The notes beneath the pieces are model-generated. The model did not search any database, was not told the origin of the DNA, and was given only the letters and a program-made list of their open reading frames with translations. The translations under genes were made by a program, and so were the position numbers. Source: Deltaproteobacteria bacterium (GTDB lineage: Bacteria > Chloroflexota > Dehalococcoidia > Dehalococcoidales > BS750m-G39). From it: a stretch of 64,000 bases of DNA. Of the stretch, positions 1-8,980 are shown one piece after another. Within the stretch, counting starts at the first letter, position 1. The number at the start of each line of letters is the position of its first letter. The stretch spans positions 13,928 through 77,927 of the forward strand of contig JAUVYB010000005.1 in the NCBI GenBank assembly GCA_030603275.1, read 5' to 3'.

Positions 1-469
1 CACAGTGCTGGAGCTGGGGGCGGAAGCCGGCCATATCTAAAAGGTGCATCTCAAAGTAGCGCAGTATTAAATCGTTATCGCCGTCCTGGCTTAAGCTTTG
101 CAGGGTCTCTACCAGTAGCTGGAACAGGGGGTAGTCTTCCACATTATCGGCGGCGAACTGGTTGACCAGCTCGGTGGCGTAGAGGGCGTAGGAGGTGAGG
201 TCGAGGTCTGTTTTGAGGGGCATAAAGCTGTTGATGGTCTGGGAGCCGATTATGGTATCCAGGTTGCGCCCGCGCGCCAGAGACAGCTGGCTGTGGGTGA
301 GCAGTTCCAGGTGCCCGGCCATCTTGCTGCGGGGGCGCCTGACCCCCTTGGCTACCGCCTGAATCTTGCCCAGGTGGGGGGTATAGAGGGTGAGTATCCT
401 GCCCGCCTCCCCCAGCTTGGTCTTTTTGATTATTACGGCTTCTGTTTGGTAGTTACGTGGTTTAGACAT
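1..469 (-). CDS. recO: DNA repair protein RecO, N-terminal ~156 aa (gene continues past the window start)
   Basis: Absent from the ORF track because it is cut by the window edge. My minus-strand translation from the ATG at 469 gives MSKPRNYQTEAVIIKKTKLGEAGRILTLYTPHLGKIQAVAKGVRRPRSKMAGHLELLTHSQLSLARGRNLDTI..., a typical RecO OB-fold N-terminus. Confidence 0.85.
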   Translation of the reverse strand, partial: MSKPRNYQTEAVIIKKTKLGEAGRILTLYTPHLGKIQAVAKGVRRPRSKMAGHLELLTHSQLSLARGRNLDTIIGSQTINSFMPLKTDLDLTSYALYATELVNQFAADNVEDYPLFQLLVETLQSLSQDGDNDLILRYFEMHLLDMAGFRPQLQHC

Positions 470-478
470 TTTATTGAT

Positions 479-1054
479 CTATTTATTGAAGTTTACTTTA
501 TCTGGTTCTCTATAATCTCTTTTTAACAGGATATCTCTTTCTTTTAAGAGACAGGCTCTATTGTGCGCTATAGCTTTATCAAATTCTTCGCTGTGCCATG
601 CTTCAATACATAAACGTCCCATATCGTGAAATGGGTCATCATAATTCGGTATATCCAGACTCATTCTCGCTGCCGCTTTACTTTCGAATTTAAATTCTTG
701 TAGTTCCCCATCGAAGTTAATTGTTATTCCTATATGATGAAACCAGACACTGCTCTCAAAACCAGTATTGAAGGCATAAAAGGGTCTTTCAAGGCGGTTT
801 AAAATCTGTTCCGTTTGTGATTTTAATTCTTCGATAGCTTCTCTATCTTGGGCGCAGAATATTTGAAGTTCCTTATCATTGATTAGGCCGAAGATTACTT
901 GCTGTAAATTCTCGCATTGTCTTGAATCATTACAGGCGGTATATGACCTGTTTCTGGTAAATTCTCCAATGGTTTCAATATCAATGATTGTGCCTTTGAA
1001 AGAACCGGAGGGAGTAATTTCTTTATGCTCTATTATCACCTTTGTTGTTCCCAA
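479..1054 (-). CDS. Putative DEDDh-type 3'-5' exonuclease / RNase H-like fold protein (function uncertain)
   Basis: 191-aa ORF. Candidate Exo motifs: IIDIETIG (D-x-E), AFNTGFE, HSEEFD (H-x4-D). Its stop lies 10 nt upstream of the recO start. Clearly AT-rich compared with both flanks. Confidence 0.45.
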   Translation of the reverse strand: MGTTKVIIEHKEITPSGSFKGTIIDIETIGEFTRNRSYTACNDSRQCENLQQVIFGLINDKELQIFCAQDREAIEELKSQTEQILNRLERPFYAFNTGFESSVWFHHIGITINFDGELQEFKFESKAAARMSLDIPNYDDPFHDMGRLCIEAWHSEEFDKAIAHNRACLLKERDILLKRDYREPDKVNFNK

Positions 1055-1105
1055 AGTGTTTGAACCTGACTTTCCGTAACCCCTTCCTTAAAGAGTGGGG
1101 GGAGT

Positions 1106-1157
1106 GACCCTTCCACTTAAGGGTGGAGGGTGGGAATAGATATAAAAAGGGGAGGGG
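1106..1157. repeat. G-rich intergenic repeat, family C, copy 1
   Basis: CTTAAGGGTGGAGGGTGGGAATAGATATAAAAAGGGGAGGGG, very similar to the copies at 15253-15319 and 25644-25708. Abuts the stop codon of the minus-strand ORF 1158..1487. Confidence 0.7.
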
Positions 1158-1487
1158 TCATCCCTCCTCGGCAAACCAGCCTTCCTTGGTCAGAATCTCC
1201 CCAACCATCATTGTGCTGGGGACATCTCCCCTGGAGACTTGTACTGCCGCCCTGCCGCCGACGGCGCTGGCCACCCTGGCCGCCGCCTGGTGGGTAAAAC
1301 CGGCGCACAGGTAGATGGACTGGACTCCCTGGTTTTGCACTAGGTCCTTGGCCACCTCGACGGCGGCGTCGAAGTCCATCATCTCGATGACTACTGTAGT
1401 AAACTCCAGCTTGGAGGTCTTGATTGTTGACCGGTACTTGGCGGGGTCGCCGTCGGGCGCCATAACGATAAAGGCCGATTTAAACAT
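1158..1487 (-). CDS. Small conserved protein of unknown function (possibly DUF6506-like; from memory only)
   Basis: 109-aa ORF with composition matching its neighbours, sitting between recR and the exonuclease-like gene. No catalytic motif recognised. Confidence 0.5.
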   Translation of the reverse strand: MFKSAFIVMAPDGDPAKYRSTIKTSKLEFTTVVIEMMDFDAAVEVAKDLVQNQGVQSIYLCAGFTHQAAARVASAVGGRAAVQVSRGDVPSTMMVGEILTKEGWFAEEG

Positions 1488-1500
1488 GATAGTAACTCCT

Positions 1501-2112
1501 TTAAAATTCCTGCCTGCCCTCTATAGCCCGGGTGAGGGTGACATCATCGGCGTATTCCAGCTCGGTGCCGAAGGGAAGCCCCCGCGCCAGGCGGGTGACC
1601 ACGATGCCTAAGGGGGAAATGAGCTTGTTGAGATACATGGCGGTGGTTTCCCCTTCCAGATTGGGGTTGGTGGCCAGTATGACCTCGGTTACCGAGCCGT
1701 CCCGCAGACGGTCCATCAGCTCTTTGATTCTTATATCGTCAGTGCCCACCCCCTCGGTGGGGGAGATGGCGCCGTGGAGGACGTGGTACAGCCCGTTATA
1801 TATCTTGGTATGCTCCAGTGCCAGTATGTCCTGCGGCTGTTCCACGATGCAAATCTTGCTCCGCTCCCGCTGGGAGTTGCGGCAGATGGGGCAGGGGTCG
1901 GTATCGGTGATATTAAAGCAGACCGAGCATAGTTTGGTCTGCTGCTTTACCGAGAGCAGGGCTTCGGCCAGCATCTTGGTCTGCTCTTCCGGCGCCCGGA
2001 GCAGGTTATAGGCCAGACGCTGGGCGCTCTTGGGCCCGATGCCGGGCAGTTTATTTAGTTCCTGTATTAACCTGGCTACCGCACCTGAGGTAGGTGTGAG
2101 ATTTGAGTCCAA
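1501..2112 (-). CDS. recR: Recombination protein RecR
   Basis: 203 aa. Helix-hairpin-helix [18 protein letters not shown]4 zinc finger [16 protein letters not shown], Toprim-like C-terminal half. Confidence 0.95.
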   Translation of the reverse strand: MDSNLTPTSGAVARLIQELNKLPGIGPKSAQRLAYNLLRAPEEQTKMLAEALLSVKQQTKLCSVCFNITDTDPCPICRNSQRERSKICIVEQPQDILALEHTKIYNGLYHVLHGAISPTEGVGTDDIRIKELMDRLRDGSVTEVILATNPNLEGETTAMYLNKLISPLGIVVTRLARGLPFGTELEYADDVTLTRAIEGRQEF

Positions 2113-2146
2113 TATACGCTCTCCCCTCTAAATATTATTATTAGGT

Positions 2147-2232
2147 AACCCTATCCCCTTTATCCCCTTCCCCTCAACAAGGGGAAGAGGAGGAGAATTC
2201 TAAAAGGGGGACTTTGTCCCTCTTAAACACCC
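2147..2232. repeat. Two-hairpin composite intergenic repeat, family AB, copy 1 (partly degenerate)
   Basis: AACCCTATCCCCTTTATCCCCTTCCCCT...AAGGGGAAG...CCTCTTAAACACCC. Matches the reverse complement of 12039-12128. Confidence 0.75.
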
Positions 2233-2290
2233 TATATTCTTTAGTTCCGCTCCTCTTGACCCCCGATAAAGCGGGAGATTGGGAGCACCA

Positions 2291-2325
2291 GCCCCTTAGG
2301 GCGGGTGGGTATGGGAAGAAAAACC
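2291..2325. repeat. G-rich repeat, family C, short copy 2
   Basis: CCTTAGGGCGGGTGGGTATGGGAAGAAAAA resembles the family C core CTTAAGGGYGGNGGGTGGGAA. Confidence 0.45.
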
Positions 2326-2366
2326 CTTTTTAATCGCCCCTTATTTTTTAATTTTACCCCTTAAAT

Positions 2367-2672
2367 TCAGGTCAGGCCGGGGATATTGAGGCCTCCGGTT
2401 AGTTTGCCCATGCGCTCGGCGGCAAGCTCCTGGGATTTGGAGAGGGCTTCGTTTACCGCCGTCATTACCAGGTCTTCCAGCATTTCAACGTCATCGGGCT
2501 CTATCGCCTCGGGCGATATTTTTACCGATAGCACCTGCTGTTGACCGTTGACGGTGACCTTGACGGCACCTCCTCCCGAGGAGGTTTCAATGATAGCTTC
2601 GGCAAGCTCTGCCTGAGCCTTGGCCAGCTTGGCCTGGAGCTCCTGGGCCTGACGCATAAAAGACCTGTTCAC
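2367..2672 (-). CDS. ybaB: Nucleoid-associated protein YbaB/EbfC
   Basis: 101 aa. QELQAKLAKAQAEL...GGGAVKVTVNGQQQV..V.I.PE... is the typical YbaB pattern. Classic position between dnaX and recR. Confidence 0.9.
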   Translation of the reverse strand: MNRSFMRQAQELQAKLAKAQAELAEAIIETSSGGGAVKVTVNGQQQVLSVKISPEAIEPDDVEMLEDLVMTAVNEALSKSQELAAERMGKLTGGLNIPGLT

Positions 2673-4303
2673 TTTTCCTCCACGCTGATAACCTGGGCGC
2701 CGAGCCTTTTGGCGGCGTCCACCAGGTGGTTGTCTTCTGCCTCATATACGCAGCGCACCTGGCAGGGGCGCCCCAGAAAGTTGCTGATGATTGCCCTGGC
2801 GACCTGCTGATTTTCTATTGTCTCCATCTTGTCCTTGTGAATGGGGTATTTAAAGGCCAGAATCACGGTATCGTCTTCAATGGCTACCGGTTTGACCCCG
2901 GCGCTCCTGAGAATGGCGATGGCCGGGGTTCTCTTAACCTCCTCCGGCGCCTTCTCCATGACATCTTTCCAGTTGACCCTAAGACGCTCGATTTCATTGT
3001 TTATCTCGAGTGGGGTGGTGGGGGTGTCATTGGCCTTTGTTGACTTTGCCTTAGACTCGGCTGGTTTTGCCTTAGGCTCGGCCACTGGTTCGGGTGCCGG
3101 TTCCGGTTTGGCCGCTGGCTTGGTTACCGGCTCGGCCTTGGCTGTTGGGGGTTTGGGTGGATAGGCCTTTGTGACCGGCGGGGGAGGTTCTTGCTTTGCC
3201 TGGGGAGCCGGGCTTTTTATTTGCTCAGCCGGCGGCTGGACGCAGTCTACCAGTGCCAGCTCCAGGGGCAGGGTGGAGTAGTTATCAAAGCCGAGGTCAA
3301 GCTGGCCGAAGAGCTTGATTGATTTTGATATCTGGGCTAAAGAGGTTTTAGCCGCCAGCTGTTTTAGTTCGGCCTTATCTTCGGCGGTGATGTCTACGGC
3401 GTCTTCCGAGCCGGTCTTTACCAGCAGCAGCTGCCGGAGGTACTCTACTACCTCACGGTTGAACTGGCGCAGGTCGAGCCCGTCACTGTTGACACCGTTT
3501 ATGGTTGTCACTCCGCCGGCGATGTCACCGGCTACTATGTGCCTGACTAATTCCTTGGCCCGCTGGTCCCCGGTAATGCCCAGGATAGCCTGGACCTGGT
3601 TGAGGCTGATTTCGGTGCCGTAGTAGGTGGTCATCTGCTCCAGCAGGTTTTCGGCATCGCGCAGGCTGCCGGTGGCGCTCTTGGCGATGAGGTTTAGCCC
3701 CTCCGGTTCCAGCTTGATGCCTTCCGTTTCACAGATGCGGGTTAGCTTGGAGATTACGTCTGGGCGGGAGATGCGCCTGAAGTCGAAGCGCTGGCACCGG
3801 GACAGGATGGTGGCCGGGATTTTATGGGCTTCGGTGGTGGCCAGAATAAAGACGATATAGGGGGGTGGTTCCTCCAGGGTTTTGAGCAGGGCATTGGAGG
3901 CACTATTACTGAGCATATGGACTTCATCGATGATATAGACCTTATAGCGGGCCTGGTTGGGGGCGTAGTTCACCTTCTCGCGCAGGCTACGGATATCGTC
4001 AACTCCGGTGTTGGAGGCGGCATCGACCTCAATTACGTCCAGCGCCCGGCCCTCGGTTATGGCCCGGCACATATCGCAGTTATTGCACGGTTCGCCCTTG
4101 CCGTTGCTGAGGCAGTTGAGCGCCTTGGCCAGAATACGCCCGGTGCTGGTCTTGCCGGTTCCCCGGGGGCCGTAAAAGAGATAAGCATGGGATACACGCC
4201 CGCTACTGAGGGCATTGCTTAATGTTTGAGTCACCTGTTCCTGACCGACTATTTCGGCCAGGGTTTGGGGGCGCCACTTGCGATAAAAGACCTGGGATGT
4301 CAT
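2669..4303 (-). CDS. dnaX: DNA polymerase III subunit gamma/tau
   Basis: 544 aa. Walker A GPRGTGKTS, zinc module CNNCDMC, DEVHML, ILSRCQRF, then a P/A/K-rich linker. Overlaps ybaB by 4 nt. Confidence 0.95.
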   Translation of the reverse strand: MTSQVFYRKWRPQTLAEIVGQEQVTQTLSNALSSGRVSHAYLFYGPRGTGKTSTGRILAKALNCLSNGKGEPCNNCDMCRAITEGRALDVIEVDAASNTGVDDIRSLREKVNYAPNQARYKVYIIDEVHMLSNSASNALLKTLEEPPPYIVFILATTEAHKIPATILSRCQRFDFRRISRPDVISKLTRICETEGIKLEPEGLNLIAKSATGSLRDAENLLEQMTTYYGTEISLNQVQAILGITGDQRAKELVRHIVAGDIAGGVTTINGVNSDGLDLRQFNREVVEYLRQLLLVKTGSEDAVDITAEDKAELKQLAAKTSLAQISKSIKLFGQLDLGFDNYSTLPLELALVDCVQPPAEQIKSPAPQAKQEPPPPVTKAYPPKPPTAKAEPVTKPAAKPEPAPEPVAEPKAKPAESKAKSTKANDTPTTPLEINNEIERLRVNWKDVMEKAPEEVKRTPAIAILRSAGVKPVAIEDDTVILAFKYPIHKDKMETIENQQVARAIISNFLGRPCQVRCVYEAEDNHLVDAAKRLGAQVISVEEK

Positions 4304-4384
4304 ATTCGCTCGCCCTTATTATACCCTAATATGGCCTGATTTCCCAAGAGGCTTTAGCCTTAAATAGACTTTTAGATTTTATTT

Positions 4385-4434
4385 TATTTAAATAAAAGAA
4401 GCCAGCTTTACCGGTTTGCACCAGTAAAGCTGGC
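4385..4434 (-). terminator. Rho-independent terminator downstream of CetZ-like gene A
   Basis: On the minus strand, an 11-bp stem (GCCAGCTTTAC, arms at 4401-4411 and 4424-4434) is followed by TTCTTTTATTTAAAT. It starts 22 nt after the stop at 4457. Confidence 0.6.
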
Positions 4435-4456
4435 TAGATTAGCTACTATCTTGAGT

Positions 4457-5632
4457 TTATAGCAGCGAGGGCAGGTCTTTTGATGCCTCTTCTATTTCCT
4501 TGAGTTTGCCCTCAAACTCCTCCCGTCTTCCCTTAAGTTCGTGGATAACGCCGCTGGCTTTGGTGTAGTAGCCCTTGACCTTTTCCACGGCATTAAGCTC
4601 CGACAGGAGCAGGGTGATGTCGATCAGGCTTTTCTCCCTGGGATAATCGCCATTCCTTATCACTGCCTCCGGACTGATGGTCCTGAGGTAATCTCCCAGC
4701 TCCTTGACTAGGTCCATATTCATTTCCTTGGCTGGAGCCGAGACCAGGTAGATGGCCCTGCCCGAGTCGGCCGGATTGCACTTGAGCGACAGTTCGCTTA
4801 AGGCTTCATCCATGGCTTGGATTCCGCGGTGAGTTTCGGTGCTCTTCTTGACGAAGTTCTTGGATAGGAAGGAGAACCATTTGAAGGCGGGCACCGGTGC
4901 TTTGCCGTAGCCGATTACTGTCCAGCCGGCCAGGCTCTGGATGATGTCACCGGCATCGACTATCTTGGCCCCGATGTGCTTGGGTTTTTTCTCCTCACCG
5001 GCGCAGAGCAGGTTGTAGAATGGCTCAGCGATTAGGGCGTTGATCTTGGTCAGGTTGTTCTTAAGCGAGAAGTCCTTCCTGACATACCTCTGGTTGTCAA
5101 CCAGGAAAACGGCATCTACTGTTGGATACAGGGATTTGAGACAGGTGGCGGTATTATAAACGGTTCTTTCCTCGGTTTCCTCTTCATGGGCGAAGGGGAG
5201 AACGGCCATGGCGTAGATGGGCTTGTCCAGATAGCGCTCTCTTAGCATCTGGGCGATTATAGGGATTGCCCCTGAGCCGGTACCGCCGGCGACGCCGGCG
5301 ATGAGCAGGAAGGCATCGGTCTCGAAGAAGTGCCGTGCCGTCCTGATGGCGTCTACGACCTTGTCGCTGTCCTCTTTGGCCACTTCGGCGCCCAGCTCGT
5401 TTATCTTGCCGACGCCGTGGCCACCGGTCCTCCGACCTCCGATGAGGATTCGGTGCTGGTAGTCACCGCTTATAACTCTTAGTCCGCTTAAGTCGGCGGC
5501 ATCGGTGTTTACGGCGAAAGCGCCGGTAACTATCTCAATGCCGCGCTGACTGCGTGCCCGCTTATTTAACTGGGCGAACTCGTCAGCGATCCTGCCGCCG
5601 CACTGTCCCAGCCCCACAACCACTAGTTTCAT
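4457..5632 (-). CDS. Tubulin/FtsZ-superfamily GTPase, CetZ-like, paralog A
   Basis: 391 aa. MKLVVVGLGQCGG (tubulin-type GQCG), GHGVG, AGGTGSG signature, VLPF, DAVFLVDN, T7-like VDAGDI. Charged C-terminal helix ending in DLPSLL. Confidence 0.75.
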   Translation of the reverse strand: MKLVVVGLGQCGGRIADEFAQLNKRARSQRGIEIVTGAFAVNTDAADLSGLRVISGDYQHRILIGGRRTGGHGVGKINELGAEVAKEDSDKVVDAIRTARHFFETDAFLLIAGVAGGTGSGAIPIIAQMLRERYLDKPIYAMAVLPFAHEEETEERTVYNTATCLKSLYPTVDAVFLVDNQRYVRKDFSLKNNLTKINALIAEPFYNLLCAGEEKKPKHIGAKIVDAGDIIQSLAGWTVIGYGKAPVPAFKWFSFLSKNFVKKSTETHRGIQAMDEALSELSLKCNPADSGRAIYLVSAPAKEMNMDLVKELGDYLRTISPEAVIRNGDYPREKSLIDITLLLSELNAVEKVKGYYTKASGVIHELKGRREEFEGKLKEIEEASKDLPSLL

Positions 5633-5660
5633 ATTTCACCTCTAAGTTCAGAATACTGTC

Positions 5661-5688
5661 ATTTTAGCATGTTATTCAGTCTTGTCAA
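5661..5688 (-). promoter_or_regulatory. Sigma-70-like promoter for paralog A
   Basis: Minus strand: TTGACA (5688-5683), 16-nt spacer, TAAAAT (5666-5661). An AGAGGTGA Shine-Dalgarno precedes the ATG at 5632. Confidence 0.5.
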
Positions 5689-5693
5689 CATAT

Positions 5694-6869
5694 CTAATCC
5701 AGAGTAGGGAGCTCGTCGCCTGTATGATGCATTTCTTTCACTTGCTCCCGGGTTTCTTTATCTATTTCCACCTGCTTGTCAAATAGCTCGGTAGCGTGGC
5801 TGAATAGAGTTTCCACCCGACCTACCCTGGCTAATCCGGAAGCCAATAATGTTAGCGAGACTTCCTTGCCTCTTCGGGGGTAATCACCCATTCTGACTAC
5901 TGCTTTAGGAGCTCGCTCTTGCAACAGAGTCGCCACCTCTTCTATGGCGCTCAGGGTAATAGTTCCTCTGGGGGCGGTGAGCAGGACCAGGATTCTCCTG
6001 GCCTCTGCCAGGTCGATTGATACCGACAGGTTGCTTATTGCCTTGTCCAGGGCTCCGGCTACGGAGCCGTGTTCCCTGGCTTCTTCCCGGAAGTGCGACT
6101 TGTTAAGGCGGTGGAAGGTGCCCATTTCAATCTGCCCCCGGCCGATGGCGGTGATGCCGCCCAGGGTCTGTTTGATATCCCCGGCATCCAGCACCTTGCT
6201 TCCCAGGTATTTCATCCTTTTCTCTTCACCGGCGCAGAAAAGGTCATAGAAATTATTAACGAACTCGTGGTTTATCTGGTGCAGATTTCGGGAGAAGCTG
6301 TTGTCCCGGCGGGCGAAGCGTTCGTTATCCACCAGAAAGACGGCGTCAGCGTACTGGCTGACCGTTTTTAAACAGGTGGCGGTATTGGTTACAGCATAGG
6401 AGGTAAGTCCGTTTTCTTCGTAGCCGAAGGGAAGCACTATGACGGCGTAGACCGGCTTATCCATCCTTTCCTTGAGTGACTTGACCACCCAGCCGATGGA
6501 GCCGGAGCCGGTACCCCCACCGCCGCTGGCTATGGTCAGAACTGCGTCGGTTTCGTGGAATTTTCTGGAGTCCAGGATGTTATCGGTGATGGTCGAGTGG
6601 CTTTCCCGGATAATCTTGGCGGCATCGAAATTCATTTTGCCCACGCCATGGCCGAAGGTTCTCACCCCGCCGATGACAATCCGGTGGTGCCTGTCGGTGG
6701 GGATGTGCTTGAATCCGCCTAAATCGGCTTCATCGGTGTTAACGGCGAAGGCATCGGTTAGGATTTCAATCCGGCGGGTAAAGAGTGACCGGGCGTGAGT
6801 GTTGAGGGCATAAAACTGGTCGGCAATGTTGCAGCCGCACTGTCCAAAACCTACAACGACTATTTTCAT
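5694..6869 (-). CDS. Tubulin/FtsZ-superfamily GTPase, CetZ-like, paralog B
   Basis: 391 aa. MKIVVVGFGQCG, GHGVG, exact tubulin signature GGGTGSG, VLPF, DAVFLVDN, LDAGDI. C-terminal tail DELPTLD. Roughly 45% identical to paralog A by eye. Confidence 0.75.
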   Translation of the reverse strand: MKIVVVGFGQCGCNIADQFYALNTHARSLFTRRIEILTDAFAVNTDEADLGGFKHIPTDRHHRIVIGGVRTFGHGVGKMNFDAAKIIRESHSTITDNILDSRKFHETDAVLTIASGGGGTGSGSIGWVVKSLKERMDKPVYAVIVLPFGYEENGLTSYAVTNTATCLKTVSQYADAVFLVDNERFARRDNSFSRNLHQINHEFVNNFYDLFCAGEEKRMKYLGSKVLDAGDIKQTLGGITAIGRGQIEMGTFHRLNKSHFREEAREHGSVAGALDKAISNLSVSIDLAEARRILVLLTAPRGTITLSAIEEVATLLQERAPKAVVRMGDYPRRGKEVSLTLLASGLARVGRVETLFSHATELFDKQVEIDKETREQVKEMHHTGDELPTLD

Positions 6870-6899
6870 CGTCCACCTCGCAAAGGGGAATAATGTTTT

Positions 6900-6929
6900 A
6901 TTTTAGGCATGGTTAGCCTAAATTGTCAA
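6900..6929 (-). promoter_or_regulatory. Sigma-70-like promoter for paralog B
   Basis: Minus strand: TTGACA (6929-6924), 18-nt spacer, TAAAAT (6905-6900). Same hexamers as the paralog A promoter. Confidence 0.45.
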
Positions 6930-6943
6930 TTACTACCTTGGTA

Positions 6944-7972
<1,029 letters not shown>

Positions 7973-8980
7973 TTAAGCGATTTTTGTCCTTCGCCGACTG
8001 CGATGGAGCATATCGAGGAAGGCTTCGACCCTGGTTTTAAGGTGGTGGGTCAGGGAGAACTCGTCATTGCCTTCCAGTGTCAGGATGGGCAATTTTAACT
8101 TATTTCTAAAGATTATATCACCGATGCCGCGGTAGCAGAAGGCCTGGACATAGTGGATGACGCCGTCCACCCGGCGCTTGTTTAATTCGGCGGTGATGTC
8201 CTTAAGTCTATCATATATGGAGTATGGATATGTATAGTTTGAGTACTGTTCGGCCAGCGAGTTGCCGGGGTGGGGCATGGCGAACTGGCGCTGGATTTCG
8301 TTGAAGACCACCCTGGCCCCCTTTGTCTCCAGATATTTATAGAGGTCCTGGCCGTAGACCGAGGGCACCCCGATATAGGCTATTCTCAGCCAGTCCGGTG
8401 GATATGATGGGCGCTTGAGGCACTTTTCCACTAATTCTTTCAGCTCTTTCTGGTAGTTATGATAGTCCTGATTAAAGTCTGAGGAAGATACCAGCCAGAG
8501 GTGGTTCTCCAGCCCGCTGGCCACCCCCTGTTTCCAGGTAAGCTCGTCCAGCTTTAGCGCCAGCCGGCGGCAGGGCTTTAGTTCTTCTTTGACCTGCCCG
8601 GCGGCGTCCAGGGTGGTGTTTAAGGTTTTTGCCAGCGACTCTAACGCATCTTGCATTTTCTGGCGGTCGGGCCGGTCCGGGTAGGCGAAGGGTATGGTCT
8701 TGATTCCTTTAAGTTTTAGCACCTCCATGAGCATGACGGTATTTGAACAGTCGCCGGTGGTGACGCAGAGGATGGTATCAATTTTATGCTCCAGGCAGGC
8801 CCCGTAGATTCCCTTAATCCAGCTGCAGCAGTTGAGGGGGAAGCCGGCACGTTCGGCGATGTTGATTAATCTTTCCGGGTTGGGGTCGGCGATAAAGACA
8901 TTATTGAGGTCTACCGGCTGGTAGCCGGCGGCTAATAATATTTCTATAGGAACGGTGGTGGTGATGCCTATTTTATTCAC
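7973..8980 (-). CDS. 2-hydroxyacyl-CoA dehydratase family protein (HgdB/BcrC-like, solitary)
   Basis: 335 aa. N-terminal IGITTTVPIEILLAAGY and conserved Cys positions typical of the family, recalled from memory. No partner subunit or activator gene nearby. Confidence 0.6.
   Translation of the reverse strand: MNKIGITTTVPIEILLAAGYQPVDLNNVFIADPNPERLINIAERAGFPLNCCSWIKGIYGACLEHKIDTILCVTTGDCSNTVMLMEVLKLKGIKTIPFAYPDRPDRQKMQDALESLAKTLNTTLDAAGQVKEELKPCRRLALKLDELTWKQGVASGLENHLWLVSSSDFNQDYHNYQKELKELVEKCLKRPSYPPDWLRIAYIGVPSVYGQDLYKYLETKGARVVFNEIQRQFAMPHPGNSLAEQYSNYTYPYSIYDRLKDITAELNKRRVDGVIHYVQAFCYRGIGDIIFRNKLKLPILTLEGNDEFSLTHHLKTRVEAFLDMLHRSRRRTKIA

Noticed and set aside
293-526. 77-aa plus-strand ORF at the window start
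   Set aside because: It is antisense to the clearly recognisable recO N-terminus, which the track missed because the gene is cut by the window edge.
2669-4303. Programmed -1 frameshift site (A AAA AAG type) in dnaX producing a gamma subunit
   Set aside because: I saw no heptameric slippery run in the coding strand by eye. This was not exhaustively computed, so I make no claim.
4304-4456. Expected SRP (4.5S/scRNA) gene upstream of dnaX, as in the Bacillus-type scr-dnaX-ybaB-recR arrangement
   Set aside because: No SRP domain IV-like motif or long hairpin is present. The only strong structure is a stem plus T-tract that fits a terminator for the upstream tubulin-like gene.
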